Shown here: positions 9,474-17,874 of the stretch, in pieces
Numbering within the stretch: the stretch's first letter is position 1
Layout: each line of letters opens with the position of its first letter
IMG/VR virus record: IMGVR_UViG_3300020583_000016
Source: an uncultured virus (IMG/VR IMGVR_UViG_3300020583_000016)
Taxonomy: Duplodnaviria; Heunggongvirae; Uroviricota; Caudoviricetes
DNA: 64,000 nucleotides
Reading direction: 5' to 3' (one strand)
Position numbers and translations under genes: made by a program
The notes under the pieces: model-generated
What the model was told of the DNA's origin: nothing
Databases searched by the model: none
Seen by the model: only the letters and a program-made list of their open reading frames with translations

Positions 9474-10847
9474 TTAGGGCTCCAATTTGACAAGAGGCAG
9501 GACGGCTGCGTTGGCCGTAACCGTTCCAAGACTTGCAGGCAGTACGCCCCCACTAAGGCTATTTGCAGAAAATCCCCAAATCACAGTATTCGCATTCATC
9601 ACCGCCAGCCCACCTGACCCACTGGGGTTGTTATTCCCGGTCATCACAACGGATACATTGTCGGTCGAAAAAGCCCACCAGTAGGCGCCGGGAGTGAGTG
9701 AAGTAGAAGACACCGTCGCGGTATAGACACCTGTGGAAGCGGTCATGGTGATCGTGCCCTGCACCAACAGGGTCGTCCCCGCCGCGTTGTAAATGCCTAA
9801 GTAGATTTTATTGGTGTTGACCGCGGTCGTTACGTTTACGGTCATTTTGGTCAGAGTGATGGCGCGGTCCAGCATCATCAAACCACACCGAACGGTGCCG
9901 CCAGCACCACCACTTGCTGTAATTCCGCCTGAGCCTGCAAAAAAATCAGTGATGCTAGGCCATAAGACGTAACCCTGCCCGGAAACGGTAACGTTGTTCG
10001 TGGCGCCATTCGCAGGCGGAAGGACTCCGGTTACCTTCGTGGTCAGATTGATCGTTCCATTCGCGATCTGCCCGTTTACGATCTGCCCGTAAGTTGGCGC
10101 CGCGGATCCGCCGGTTGCATTTCCGAGCACGGTGTTTGCACCCGCATTCGCGAGAGTTCCTTGAAGTGTTCCGCTCGTAGTGACCGCACTCGATGGTGTG
10201 GAACTTAAAACCGTGCCGTCTCCGGTGAACGTCACCGACGTAACTGTTCCGGTGCCGGCTGCATGACACGCACCATCGGCACCTAAGTTCAACGTGCCGG
10301 AACATCCGGAAAAAAGATTCACAATGTCAGAGGCCGCGGCTGGCGCGATGTTGGTTGCGGTGGTGAATTTCGGGATGTTGCCGGCAACCGGTGAACCCGA
10401 TGATGTGACCGTGCCGGTACCGGGATTCGTCGAAAGTGCTAGCGCAACCGCGGAAATGTTCGAGGTTATGCTTTGCGATGATCCCGAGATCGTGAGCGCT
10501 GGCACGTTGAAACAAACAGGACCTTTTCCGCCGGCCGGTTGGATCGTTCCCGCTGCCGAACACACTAGGAATGTCCATTGCGTACTGCCAGGAAGCAGAA
10601 CAGTGTTATCGGCAAGCCGCATCGTGAACTTTCCGGCTCCGTCGAGGCCGGTCGGTTGCGAGGGCGGTGTGTAGGGCAGTCCATTCAACGTGGGAGAGGT
10701 CCCGCCAGGAAGCACCAAACCGGGACTGATCGTCCCATTTGCATAGGCGAGCCCGTTTGGATCGGTGACGGTGCCAGTCACCGTGGTGAACTGCGCAAAC
10801 GAAAGCGCTGGCACAAACAAGAGTGCAAAAAGTCTGAGTAGTTTCAT
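9474..10847 (-). CDS. Fibre/spike protein with signal peptide; N-terminal domain paralogous to the large spike
   Basis: MKLLRLFALLFVPALSFA|QFTTVTGTV.DPNG; GTGTVTS fibre-like repeats. Confidence 0.7.
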   Translation of the reverse strand: MKLLRLFALLFVPALSFAQFTTVTGTVTDPNGLAYANGTISPGLVLPGGTSPTLNGLPYTPPSQPTGLDGAGKFTMRLADNTVLLPGSTQWTFLVCSAAGTIQPAGGKGPVCFNVPALTISGSSQSITSNISAVALALSTNPGTGTVTSSGSPVAGNIPKFTTATNIAPAAASDIVNLFSGCSGTLNLGADGACHAAGTGTVTSVTFTGDGTVLSSTPSSAVTTSGTLQGTLANAGANTVLGNATGGSAAPTYGQIVNGQIANGTINLTTKVTGVLPPANGATNNVTVSGQGYVLWPSITDFFAGSGGITASGGAGGTVRCGLMMLDRAITLTKMTVNVTTAVNTNKIYLGIYNAAGTTLLVQGTITMTASTGVYTATVSSTSLTPGAYWWAFSTDNVSVVMTGNNNPSGSGGLAVMNANTVIWGFSANSLSGGVLPASLGTVTANAAVLPLVKLEP

Positions 10848-11026
10848 CGTTGAACCTTTGCTTTCAAGACGTCCTCGAGGTTCCTAACTTCCTTGCGCAC
10901 CTTCTCGAAAACCTTGACTCGTTTCTCCTGATCGGTTTCGAGCTCGAGCAGTTCGATAAGTTCCACGTAACCGAGAATGCGTTGCAGGCGGTTGTTCACA
11001 AGGTGCAAAAGCTTGGCCGATATCAT
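10844..11026 (-). CDS. Small helical protein
   Basis: Homologous to 44950..45153. Confidence 0.6.
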   Translation of the reverse strand: MISAKLLHLVNNRLQRILGYVELIELLELETDQEKRVKVFEKVRKEVRNLEDVLKAKVQR

Positions 11027-11032
11027 GTGTGC

Positions 11033-11560
11033 TCATTCCCATAACCAAAGAAACGCAATCAAACCGATCACACCGAGCACCGCCAGAGTCGAGATCCCCG
11101 TTGTGGTCGCGTCGACGGTACTGCTGTCAATTGACGAAGGATCCACCGTTGACAAATCGGGGCTTACATCGGTTGCAGGACTCGACCCTGAAAGCTGTGC
11201 GAGTGTGGTCGACACGTCCACACCGAGCGCGCTCGCGACGTAACCGGCATAGGTGTAAGCGTTGCCCTGGCTGTCCGACGTCGGTGCCGATTGCCCTAAG
11301 TACTTGGCGGTGATATCGAGAATCGAGTACCCGGGATAGCTGACAACGTACTTTTGCAGTTGTGTGTAAAGGGCCTGAAAGCCTGTACCTGGATCGGGGA
11401 AGATGGCGAACCCGCCGGAGTCGGCGCCGATCGCGCCGGGCTGTCCTGCAAACTTCAGATTGCCGGGGTTGTTGTTGCGCTGTGCGCGGTTGCCGGCGGT
11501 ATTGAATCCTTCAAACTGCGCGATCGCTTGCGCCCAAGTCGAGATGAAATCGAAGTTCAT
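11033..11560 (-). CDS. Membrane-anchored lysozyme-like (NNPGN) protein, probable virion entry muramidase
   Basis: AIAQFEG...RNNNPGNLK...FAIF; Ser/Thr/Asp linker; C-terminal TM. Confidence 0.65.
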   Translation of the reverse strand: MNFDFISTWAQAIAQFEGFNTAGNRAQRNNNPGNLKFAGQPGAIGADSGGFAIFPDPGTGFQALYTQLQKYVVSYPGYSILDITAKYLGQSAPTSDSQGNAYTYAGYVASALGVDVSTTLAQLSGSSPATDVSPDLSTVDPSSIDSSTVDATTTGISTLAVLGVIGLIAFLWLWE

Positions 11561-11793
11561 GCAATTTCGGAATCCTCGTCTACTTCGACTTCGGGCAATT
11601 CGTCTTCGTCGATCTCTTCCAGTTCTTCAATCACCCGGTGTTCTTTTTCCGCCGAACGAAAGTAATCACACGATGCCAGGTGTTCCCGCTTATACGTCTC
11701 GACTTCCTGTTCAGTCGTTCCCCAAAAAATGTGGGTGACTTTGATCGTGTCATCCCCGCCGTCGATGATGTCGATCTCGAGCTTGTAAGCCAT
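11557..11793 (-). CDS. Small acidic protein
   Basis: MAYKLEIDIID...; almost identical to 45671..45913. Confidence 0.75.
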   Translation of the reverse strand: MAYKLEIDIIDGGDDTIKVTHIFWGTTEQEVETYKREHLASCDYFRSAEKEHRVIEELEEIDEDELPEVEVDEDSEIA

Positions 11794-12191
11794 CACTGCA
11801 CCGCCGGCGGATTCTGTGATGTGAGTTGCTGCGCATTCGGGGCTGCTGCCGGGGCGAGGTCTGCGACTTCCACACGCAAGCCCGGAAAGAATCCAAAGAA
11901 CTGGTAGAGCAGTCCGTTTGCTGCCCACCCACCAACCCCGGCAATCGTGGTTGCGGTGAATTGAAAGCCCAAGGCCTGAGCTTTCGCCGTAACCGTGTGC
12001 ACGATGAATCCGTATGCGAGAGTAGAAAAGAATGCGCGCGTGATCAGGTTTACTGCGTGAAGGCGGATCCACTGCCGAATGCCGGTGACGCCATTCGTTT
12101 TCGAAATCACCGAGTTTTGTGCCTGTCCCAAAACGAAGATCACCCATCCGAGTGCAAACACGATCGCGTTCATCACTTCCATGGTGTTCAT
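11793..12191 (-). CDS. Three-TM membrane protein (holin-like)
   Basis: Three hydrophobic segments; homologue 45910..46317. Confidence 0.6.
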   Translation of the reverse strand: MNTMEVMNAIVFALGWVIFVLGQAQNSVISKTNGVTGIRQWIRLHAVNLITRAFFSTLAYGFIVHTVTAKAQALGFQFTATTIAGVGGWAANGLLYQFFGFFPGLRVEVADLAPAAAPNAQQLTSQNPPAVQ

Positions 12192-12325
12192 CGTTCAAGC
12201 CGTTTCAGTTCTTCCCGTAAGATCCGGATTCGTGCTTCTGCCGACTTTTTCAAAAACCAGCTTTCGATGCTGTCTAAGATCCGTTCGAGGTATGCGAGCT
12301 CGTGCCGCATCTCCTCCGCTGTCAT
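12188..12325 (-). CDS. Small coiled-coil protein
   Basis: MTAEEMRHELAYLE...; conserved at 46314..46460; ATGA-coupled. Confidence 0.65.
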   Translation of the reverse strand: MTAEEMRHELAYLERILDSIESWFLKKSAEARIRILREELKRLER

Positions 12326-12483
12326 CGTCCGAGTAGTCCACTGCGCAAGAAAATCTCTGCCAGCACCCAAGCGGCAAGCCCGATACTCATCAGATTGAAC
12401 CGGCTGCCCCCTGGCGGTGGCGAGAAAAAGCACGAAAGCACGAAGAACACAAACGCGAACACAAGCAAGATCGTCGCTAGCAT
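12322..12483 (-). CDS. Small two-TM membrane protein
   Basis: MLATILLVFAFVFFVLSCFF; GAAGGAG RBS; conserved at 46457..46621. Confidence 0.7.
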   Translation of the reverse strand: MLATILLVFAFVFFVLSCFFSPPPGGSRFNLMSIGLAAWVLAEIFLRSGLLGR

Positions 12484-12496
12484 GCGTTGATCTCCT

Positions 12497-13651
12497 TCAT
12501 GGGGATTGAACAAAAGTCACGATGCCGGCCGCGGATCCGCCGGCGCCGGTGGTCGTCAGACATAAAGCGTTTCCTGTCGGTACTTTCATCACATAGCCCA
12601 CACCGACCGAATAGCTGATCGGTTGACTCGCGGTAACTCCCATTGCGCCGGTGAGGTTCGTCGTTCCCGTGCCGCAATTCGTTCCCGTCCCGTACACCCA
12701 CTGCAACGTGCCTGCGGTTGCGATCTGGGACATTTGGTAGCCGCACACATAGATCGAATCGATGGTGATGGCTGCGATCTGCTGTGTGGTCGACGCGGCC
12801 GCGGCAACAATCGGTACACTCTGCTTCGGCAACGATCCGGTTTGGCAAGGATCGTTTGCGGCGTGGTTCGATAGTCCTGGCGTGGCAAAGACATACTCAC
12901 CGGTGAACGTGTTCGCACTGCCACCGGGCGAAGTGAAGGCAACCGTCGCGAAAGGACACGCGGTATCGGGAACCTGAAATGCCTGGCCGGTTGCGCTGTT
13001 AGGCAACGTGATATTGAGCGGAATCGTTCCGGCTGTTGAGAACGTGTTGCCGAACCCGGTCACCGTCGAGCAAGTGATGGTGAGAGTTCCGCCGGCAACC
13101 GCGCTTGCGTATTTAAAAAAGTAGGTGCCTGCGCTTGAACCGAACGGAGTCTGCAGAGTGTCGGTCTGGTTCACCGTCGCATCGGCGCCGTTGAATTCCA
13201 CCTTATCGATCTGGCCGGCAAGATACGATCCGTTGTCTTCGTTGAACGTAGCCCATGCACCGCTATAAGACAGTGTGAAGGTTGCCGTGTTCGGGGAACA
13301 CGTGACAACGATTTGCGCCTTGGGATAGTAGCCGGTTCCCTTCAGAGTTCCGGAAGTGAAGAGATTACCGGCGCCCGAGGGCTCGAGTACGTCTGAGATC
13401 TGCACCACGTTGCCCGAGCGATCGATGCCATTGATCACCGCTTGAAACTTGGTCGAGCCGGTGACCGCGGTAAAACTCGCGTAGTGCTGCGTCTGTCCTA
13501 GATTCTGAATCGCGAAAGTCTGCGCGGATCCGGTACATGTGGCGTTGGTTGCAAGCGTCTGCTGTTCGGTTTGGGGCGCAACGAAGCCGATGAACTGCGC
13601 GTGCGTGACGCTCGCGGCGAACAGAATCAGACTGAGGAAAATCTTTCGCAT
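12497..13651 (-). CDS. Beta-rich exported structural protein with signal peptide
   Basis: MRKIFLSLILFAASVTHA|QF; Thr/Gly/Cys-rich; homologue 46637..47800. Confidence 0.75.
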   Translation of the reverse strand: MRKIFLSLILFAASVTHAQFIGFVAPQTEQQTLATNATCTGSAQTFAIQNLGQTQHYASFTAVTGSTKFQAVINGIDRSGNVVQISDVLEPSGAGNLFTSGTLKGTGYYPKAQIVVTCSPNTATFTLSYSGAWATFNEDNGSYLAGQIDKVEFNGADATVNQTDTLQTPFGSSAGTYFFKYASAVAGGTLTITCSTVTGFGNTFSTAGTIPLNITLPNSATGQAFQVPDTACPFATVAFTSPGGSANTFTGEYVFATPGLSNHAANDPCQTGSLPKQSVPIVAAAASTTQQIAAITIDSIYVCGYQMSQIATAGTLQWVYGTGTNCGTGTTNLTGAMGVTASQPISYSVGVGYVMKVPTGNALCLTTTGAGGSAAGIVTFVQSP

Positions 13652-13661
13652 GCTCCCGTGC

Positions 13662-14228
13662 CTAAATGAAAATGTTCTCGTCTTCGAGTTCGCGCGGATA
13701 GAAGTAACCGCACAACCGCGCGCCGGCGAGTTGCCCGGCGGGTGTGATTCCACCACTCGGACCGGCCGGGTTATTGAAAATCGTGACCGCAATGATCTGG
13801 TTTTCAAAGATGCGGAATCCGGAAATTCCTACCGGTTGTGCCGGTGAACCGAGCGACGCCGGAATTGCCTGATAGCTGTTGGCACCTGGCGGAGTTCCCT
13901 GGTCGACCAAGATTCTCCACAGCACGTCTCCGCTGCCTTCGGTCCATCCACCACCTACGAAGTTGCAGGCAACTTTGTTGATGATTCCGTTGCGACCGGC
14001 AGGAACCGGAAAGGTGAGGATGGTTGCTTCCGCTCCGATCGCGGGCAGTGTCGCGTAAGCGATCTGATCGATGTTTTCCCAATTGATTGGCGGATAAATC
14101 CACAATGGCAGTCCGTCGCTCGCGCCCGCGGCCGGCTGCGGATAGGGATTGGCGAAATCGTGGATGCGATCGGGTTCCCCGAGTCCCTGAAGGCCAAACC
14201 GTCGTTTATAGGCTCTGCGCGTCGTCAT
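13662..14228 (-). CDS. Predicted single-jelly-roll-like structural protein (minor capsid/penton candidate)
   Basis: Beta-strand pattern ILTFPVP...WRILVD...ARLCGYFYP; homologue 47806..48321. Confidence 0.5.
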   Translation of the reverse strand: MTTRRAYKRRFGLQGLGEPDRIHDFANPYPQPAAGASDGLPLWIYPPINWENIDQIAYATLPAIGAEATILTFPVPAGRNGIINKVACNFVGGGWTEGSGDVLWRILVDQGTPPGANSYQAIPASLGSPAQPVGISGFRIFENQIIAVTIFNNPAGPSGGITPAGQLAGARLCGYFYPRELEDENIFI

Positions 14229-14771
14229 CTATCCGCCGTAGTTAGAAACCACACCACCGGGGTAATCGGGTTGTCCTGCAACCGGTTGATTGAAGCGCAA
14301 CACGACACCGTAGAAAACCACTTGAATGTTGTTGGTCGCGTTTTCCATGTTTTGTGCGACCACAAGAATCTGTGAATCGGGTTGATCGAACGGGTACGGT
14401 TCGCGGAGAAACATCGGGGCTTTCGCACCGCCGGCAAGATTCGCCAGCAGTACTCCGCGATCGGCGAAGCGTTGCTCTTTCACCGTGTCATAGAACTGCG
14501 CGCGGAAACCTCCGAGCGCGGTATTCACCGAGGCCGATGCGGTGATTGCGAGCAGTGTGAAATCTCGCTGCAGGTTGATGCGCACGCGGTCGCTACCGCG
14601 GGAACCGAGTACGAAGGTTGCACACTCCCACATGGGCGCGTGGTCAACAAGTTCGCCGATTGGGGGATGTTTTTCCCCCAACCGGTAGACTTGCATCTGC
14701 GGGCGTCCCAATGGCAGCATTCGCGCCAGCGGATGAGTCGGTGTTTGTGCTAACGAGTACGGATGTTGCAT
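14229..14771 (-). CDS. Predicted single-jelly-roll-like structural protein
   Basis: RINLQRDF...FLREPY...NNIQVVFYG aligns by eye with the upstream 157 aa protein. Confidence 0.5.
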   Translation of the reverse strand: MQHPYSLAQTPTHPLARMLPLGRPQMQVYRLGEKHPPIGELVDHAPMWECATFVLGSRGSDRVRINLQRDFTLLAITASASVNTALGGFRAQFYDTVKEQRFADRGVLLANLAGGAKAPMFLREPYPFDQPDSQILVVAQNMENATNNIQVVFYGVVLRFNQPVAGQPDYPGGVVSNYGG

Positions 14772-14780
14772 TTCGCTCTC

Positions 14781-15254
14781 TTAGCTCCCTACCCGTGGCC
14801 GTGGCCACAACTTGTATCCAGAAAGCACGATCTGGACCGTGTTGGTTGACCCACTCGTGTCGGTGAAGAGGAACGAATAGGAACGATTGGCCGGCAGGAT
14901 GTAAGGCACCGCGAGCGGGAATGCTGCGGTTGCTAGTGCTGTGCCCGCCCAATTGTCGATGTTGATTCCGTTGAAGCTGGTCGAACCTGCGACGGCGCTG
15001 GCAGTCGTACCAATGAAGGCGCGGCCGGTTCCGGCTTCGGTCATGAGCACTTTCAAAAGGTTTGACGTGCGCGAGGCTTTCACCCACCACCATTCAAAAT
15101 CGGCATCGGAAAGAATCTGCACGCTGAACGGCTGTTGCACCGCGCTCGCCGTCACGGTGGCATCGAGAACGTATTCAAAAAACTGCCGTTCAAACTGATC
15201 GTCCGCCGGCTGCGGGTTCATGTGCTGAGAAGCTGGCATTGCTTGTGTCGACAA
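14781..15254 (-). CDS. Predicted single-jelly-roll-like capsid protein
   Basis: QILSDADF...FPLAVPYILP...NTVQIVLSGYKL; AAAGGAGG RBS. Confidence 0.55.
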   Translation of the reverse strand: MSTQAMPASQHMNPQPADDQFERQFFEYVLDATVTASAVQQPFSVQILSDADFEWWWVKASRTSNLLKVLMTEAGTGRAFIGTTASAVAGSTSFNGINIDNWAGTALATAAFPLAVPYILPANRSYSFLFTDTSGSTNTVQIVLSGYKLWPRPRVGS

Positions 15255-15312
15255 GTGGCACCCTCCTTTCTTCCCGCCGTTTTTAAGACGAGAGAATCGA
15301 TTGGAGTCCCGA

Positions 15313-15361
15313 GCGGGCTCGCCGCTCGAGCTCCCGCAAGATGGTTCTGCGGCGAGCCCGC
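15313..15361 (-). other. Intergenic stem-loop downstream of the putative major capsid gene
   Basis: Perfect 13-bp inverted repeat GCGGGCTCGCCGC / GCGGCGAGCCCGC. Confidence 0.7.
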
Positions 15362-15368
15362 GTCGTTA

Positions 15369-16139
15369 TTACAGAATCGCGCGAGCGAGAACACCCTCGA
15401 GGTACACGTGCGCGTTGATGCCGGTACCGACAAAGATGGTCGCAGGCGATGCCGCCAACGTCGTGAACGCGCTCGAGCCGGTGATGGTGGGATCGAGCAC
15501 AACCGTAAAATTCTGGTTCTGTTCGATCACAACCCCCATGAGCGGTTCCATCGGGTCGAGCCCGGGAATCTGCGGCATGGGATCGGTGATCGTGGCAACG
15601 TTCTGCGCTGAAGGCCAACCGTTCGCACCGCTCGACCCGAGAGTCGCGGCTGTGGGACTGACACCGTTCCAGAAACCGCCGGCGCCCGCCGGACACTTCG
15701 AACCGAGTGCGGTCCAATAGTCCTTTCCGGACACAAAGAACTGCACTAGGGTTTGCCCGATGAAGGAATTCAAGTCCTGCGGTCCAACATCGGAACGAAG
15801 TACCAGCGCTACCGCTTTCACGAGATGCTTTTTCGGTGCATCCAATTGCCCGGCTTGCACGAGGTTGGTGTGATAGACCGTCTTCGTGAAGGCCGATCCG
15901 CCCGAAGGCGTATAGGATGTGCCGATTGGCAGTGCGAACAAGTTCTGCTTCGTGACCGCGGTCGCAACCGCAACACCGTAGAAGTCGTAAATCGGCTGCA
16001 CGATGTATTCGAGCTGACCGGCCACGATCGGGTTTTTCCGAAGCATCTTGAGTTTCGGCCGCCCGACTTCGATTTCCTGGATCTGCTCGAGGTGCGCGAA
16101 GCGTGACTTGTAGCGTGGGATAAAATTCGTTTTGACCAT
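15369..16139 (-). CDS. Probable major capsid protein (jelly-roll-like, not HK97)
   Basis: Strong RBS (AAAGGAGG), high conservation with copy 2, beta-rich, TNLVQAGQLD and terminal VYLEGVLAR strand, basic N-arm ending RKNP. Confidence 0.6.
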   Translation of the reverse strand: MVKTNFIPRYKSRFAHLEQIQEIEVGRPKLKMLRKNPIVAGQLEYIVQPIYDFYGVAVATAVTKQNLFALPIGTSYTPSGGSAFTKTVYHTNLVQAGQLDAPKKHLVKAVALVLRSDVGPQDLNSFIGQTLVQFFVSGKDYWTALGSKCPAGAGGFWNGVSPTAATLGSSGANGWPSAQNVATITDPMPQIPGLDPMEPLMGVVIEQNQNFTVVLDPTITGSSAFTTLAASPATIFVGTGINAHVYLEGVLARAIL

Positions 16140-16226
16140 TCTGTTTCGCCTCCTTTCTGGTCAGAATCGATGGCGACTAAGCGGGTGGACTAGATCAACT
16201 CTTCCGGAGAAAACTAGTCCACCTAC

Positions 16227-16856
16227 CTAGTAGTTGCCCGCGTACCGCGAGCGAAAGCGGTGAAAGCCGAGCCCTTTCAGGCTTGCGGCTGCTGCTGCGG
16301 GGTGTACACCGGCAGGTAATGCCATAGCCGGCGCTCCACCTGGCCCGGGGAAAAAGATTGACCCGGCGCCGCGGTTCCACGCCATTCCCGGTGCTGCTGC
16401 ACGCAAGTACTGATCGGAAGAAGTCGGAATGCTGAACCAAGACGGCTGATACAGACCGAGGCCGATCGATTGCGCGACGCCCAATTGATGCAGCGCTTTG
16501 ATAATCGTGGCCGTCAATCCGCCCTTGAGCAGTTCTTCGCCGGCTTTTGCGGAAAGCATCTTCCCGCCAAAACCGAGCGCTACCGCTGCCCCGCCTGTCG
16601 CTGCTACTCCCGCCCATCCAGTAAGGGTTGAAAGCATTCCGGAAAGGTAGAGCGCAGCGAGTGCGCCGGCTGCGTTATAGCCGGCATCGACCACAACACC
16701 GCTCGAGAGTCCGAACGGATTGCGCCGATAGTGGTGGCGATGGTGCTTTTTCTTGTAGTGTTTCGCCATTACGGTTTGTCTCCTTTCCAACCCGTCCCCC
16801 GTGAAAAAACTTCGCGGGGTGTAACTCGACGGGTTAAAGATGCGAACTTCGGGCAC
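16227..16856 (-). CDS. Basic-N-terminus membrane protein (internal membrane/core candidate)
   Basis: KKKHHRHHYRRNP followed by Gly/Ala-rich hydrophobic helices; alternative start at 16769. Confidence 0.75.
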   Translation of the reverse strand: MPEVRIFNPSSYTPRSFFTGDGLERRQTVMAKHYKKKHHRHHYRRNPFGLSSGVVVDAGYNAAGALAALYLSGMLSTLTGWAGVAATGGAAVALGFGGKMLSAKAGEELLKGGLTATIIKALHQLGVAQSIGLGLYQPSWFSIPTSSDQYLRAAAPGMAWNRGAGSIFFPGPGGAPAMALPAGVHPAAAAASLKGLGFHRFRSRYAGNY

Positions 16857-16860
16857 GGAA

Positions 16861-17070
16861 CTAGTCCTCGACTTCTTCGAGGTCGGCAATGTTCGCCGTG
16901 ATCACCGATTCAACTTCGACCGCGTGGCCGTCTGGTTCCGCGGTGATATCCACAAGATCGGAATCGTCGTGGAATTTCTCGATCGTGCCGGTAAGCTGAT
17001 GCGACCGGTCATGGGTTCCTAAAAACTTCACCCTTTGACCGACCGTGAAATGTTTTTTCGTGTCTGCCAT
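16861..17070 (-). CDS. Small SH3/KOW-like protein
   Basis: FTVGQRVKF...TGTIE; homologue in 50955..51278. Confidence 0.6.
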   Translation of the reverse strand: MADTKKHFTVGQRVKFLGTHDRSHQLTGTIEKFHDDSDLVDITAEPDGHAVEVESVITANIADLEEVED

Positions 17071-17076
17071 TGGTTT

Positions 17077-17757
17077 CTATCCTCCGAACTGAAATTTTCC
17101 GCCGACGAAGTACGCGCGCATGCTGCCGGGGTTGCTGTCATCGATCACGAGTGCCATGTGCGTCGCGTCGCTCGGATCCACACCACAGGAGATTTTTCCG
17201 AATCCTCCCTGTGCGCCTCCGAGCATGACTTGCAGCGTGATGATCGGATGGAGCACTCCGTAAATCTTCCCTTCCCTATCCTTCAACATGTCCCGCACTC
17301 GGTCTCCGACGACGGGGCAACCGGTGAGTAGTTGCGGGATCCGCGGCGCGACTTCGGTCGCGGTCTTTGGCATCCATCGCGGATCGGGAATCTTGGGAAG
17401 CGGTGTCAGACCGAACGGCAACAAGAGATCGTGCCTGTCGGCGGAAATCGCAATCTGTGGCGCGTTCTTATTGGTGAGCCAATCGAGCGTGACCGAAGAC
17501 CACAAAATCAATTGCTCTTTCGAAAAGGGCGCCATGGGTGTGCCGGCGAGTTGCTTCGCTTGCTCCGCGTTCGCATAGCGCGGGCGCGCCTGGCTGAGCC
17601 CTTTCAGATCGCGCTGGCCTTCGAACAAAACCGAAGTGAGCCGGCCGACCACGGTGTAACGGCGATCGCGAATCAATTCGTCCTGAATCTTCATGCGATC
17701 GGCAAGACGAAACGTCGTCTTGCTTCTCATCACTGCCGTTTGTGTTGCTGTCGCCAA
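17077..17757 (-). CDS. Conserved hypothetical protein
   Basis: AAGGAG RBS with TTG start; homologue ends identically (GKFQFGG). Confidence 0.8.
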   Translation of the reverse strand: MATATQTAVMRSKTTFRLADRMKIQDELIRDRRYTVVGRLTSVLFEGQRDLKGLSQARPRYANAEQAKQLAGTPMAPFSKEQLILWSSVTLDWLTNKNAPQIAISADRHDLLLPFGLTPLPKIPDPRWMPKTATEVAPRIPQLLTGCPVVGDRVRDMLKDREGKIYGVLHPIITLQVMLGGAQGGFGKISCGVDPSDATHMALVIDDSNPGSMRAYFVGGKFQFGG

Positions 17758-17874
17758 ATTCTTTCTCCTTAAAACGTTTTCAAAGGGGCCGGTCCCATGG
17801 GAGAGGGCCTGTCCGGCATCTCTGGCGGGACCGCCCCTCTGCTCACCGGAAGCCGGTGCGCGGTTCCGGCAAGG

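Noticed and set aside
4550..10847. Diversity-generating retroelement or invertase shufflon acting on the spikes
   Set aside because: No reverse transcriptase motif, no TR/VR pair with adenine-specific mismatches, and no inverted fibre cassettes; the resolvase-associated islands are in direct orientation.
10844..11026. Histidine-kinase HisKA-like fragment (LHLVNNRLQRILGYVEL)
   Set aside because: The resemblance is short and no HATPase or receiver partner is present; left as hypothetical.
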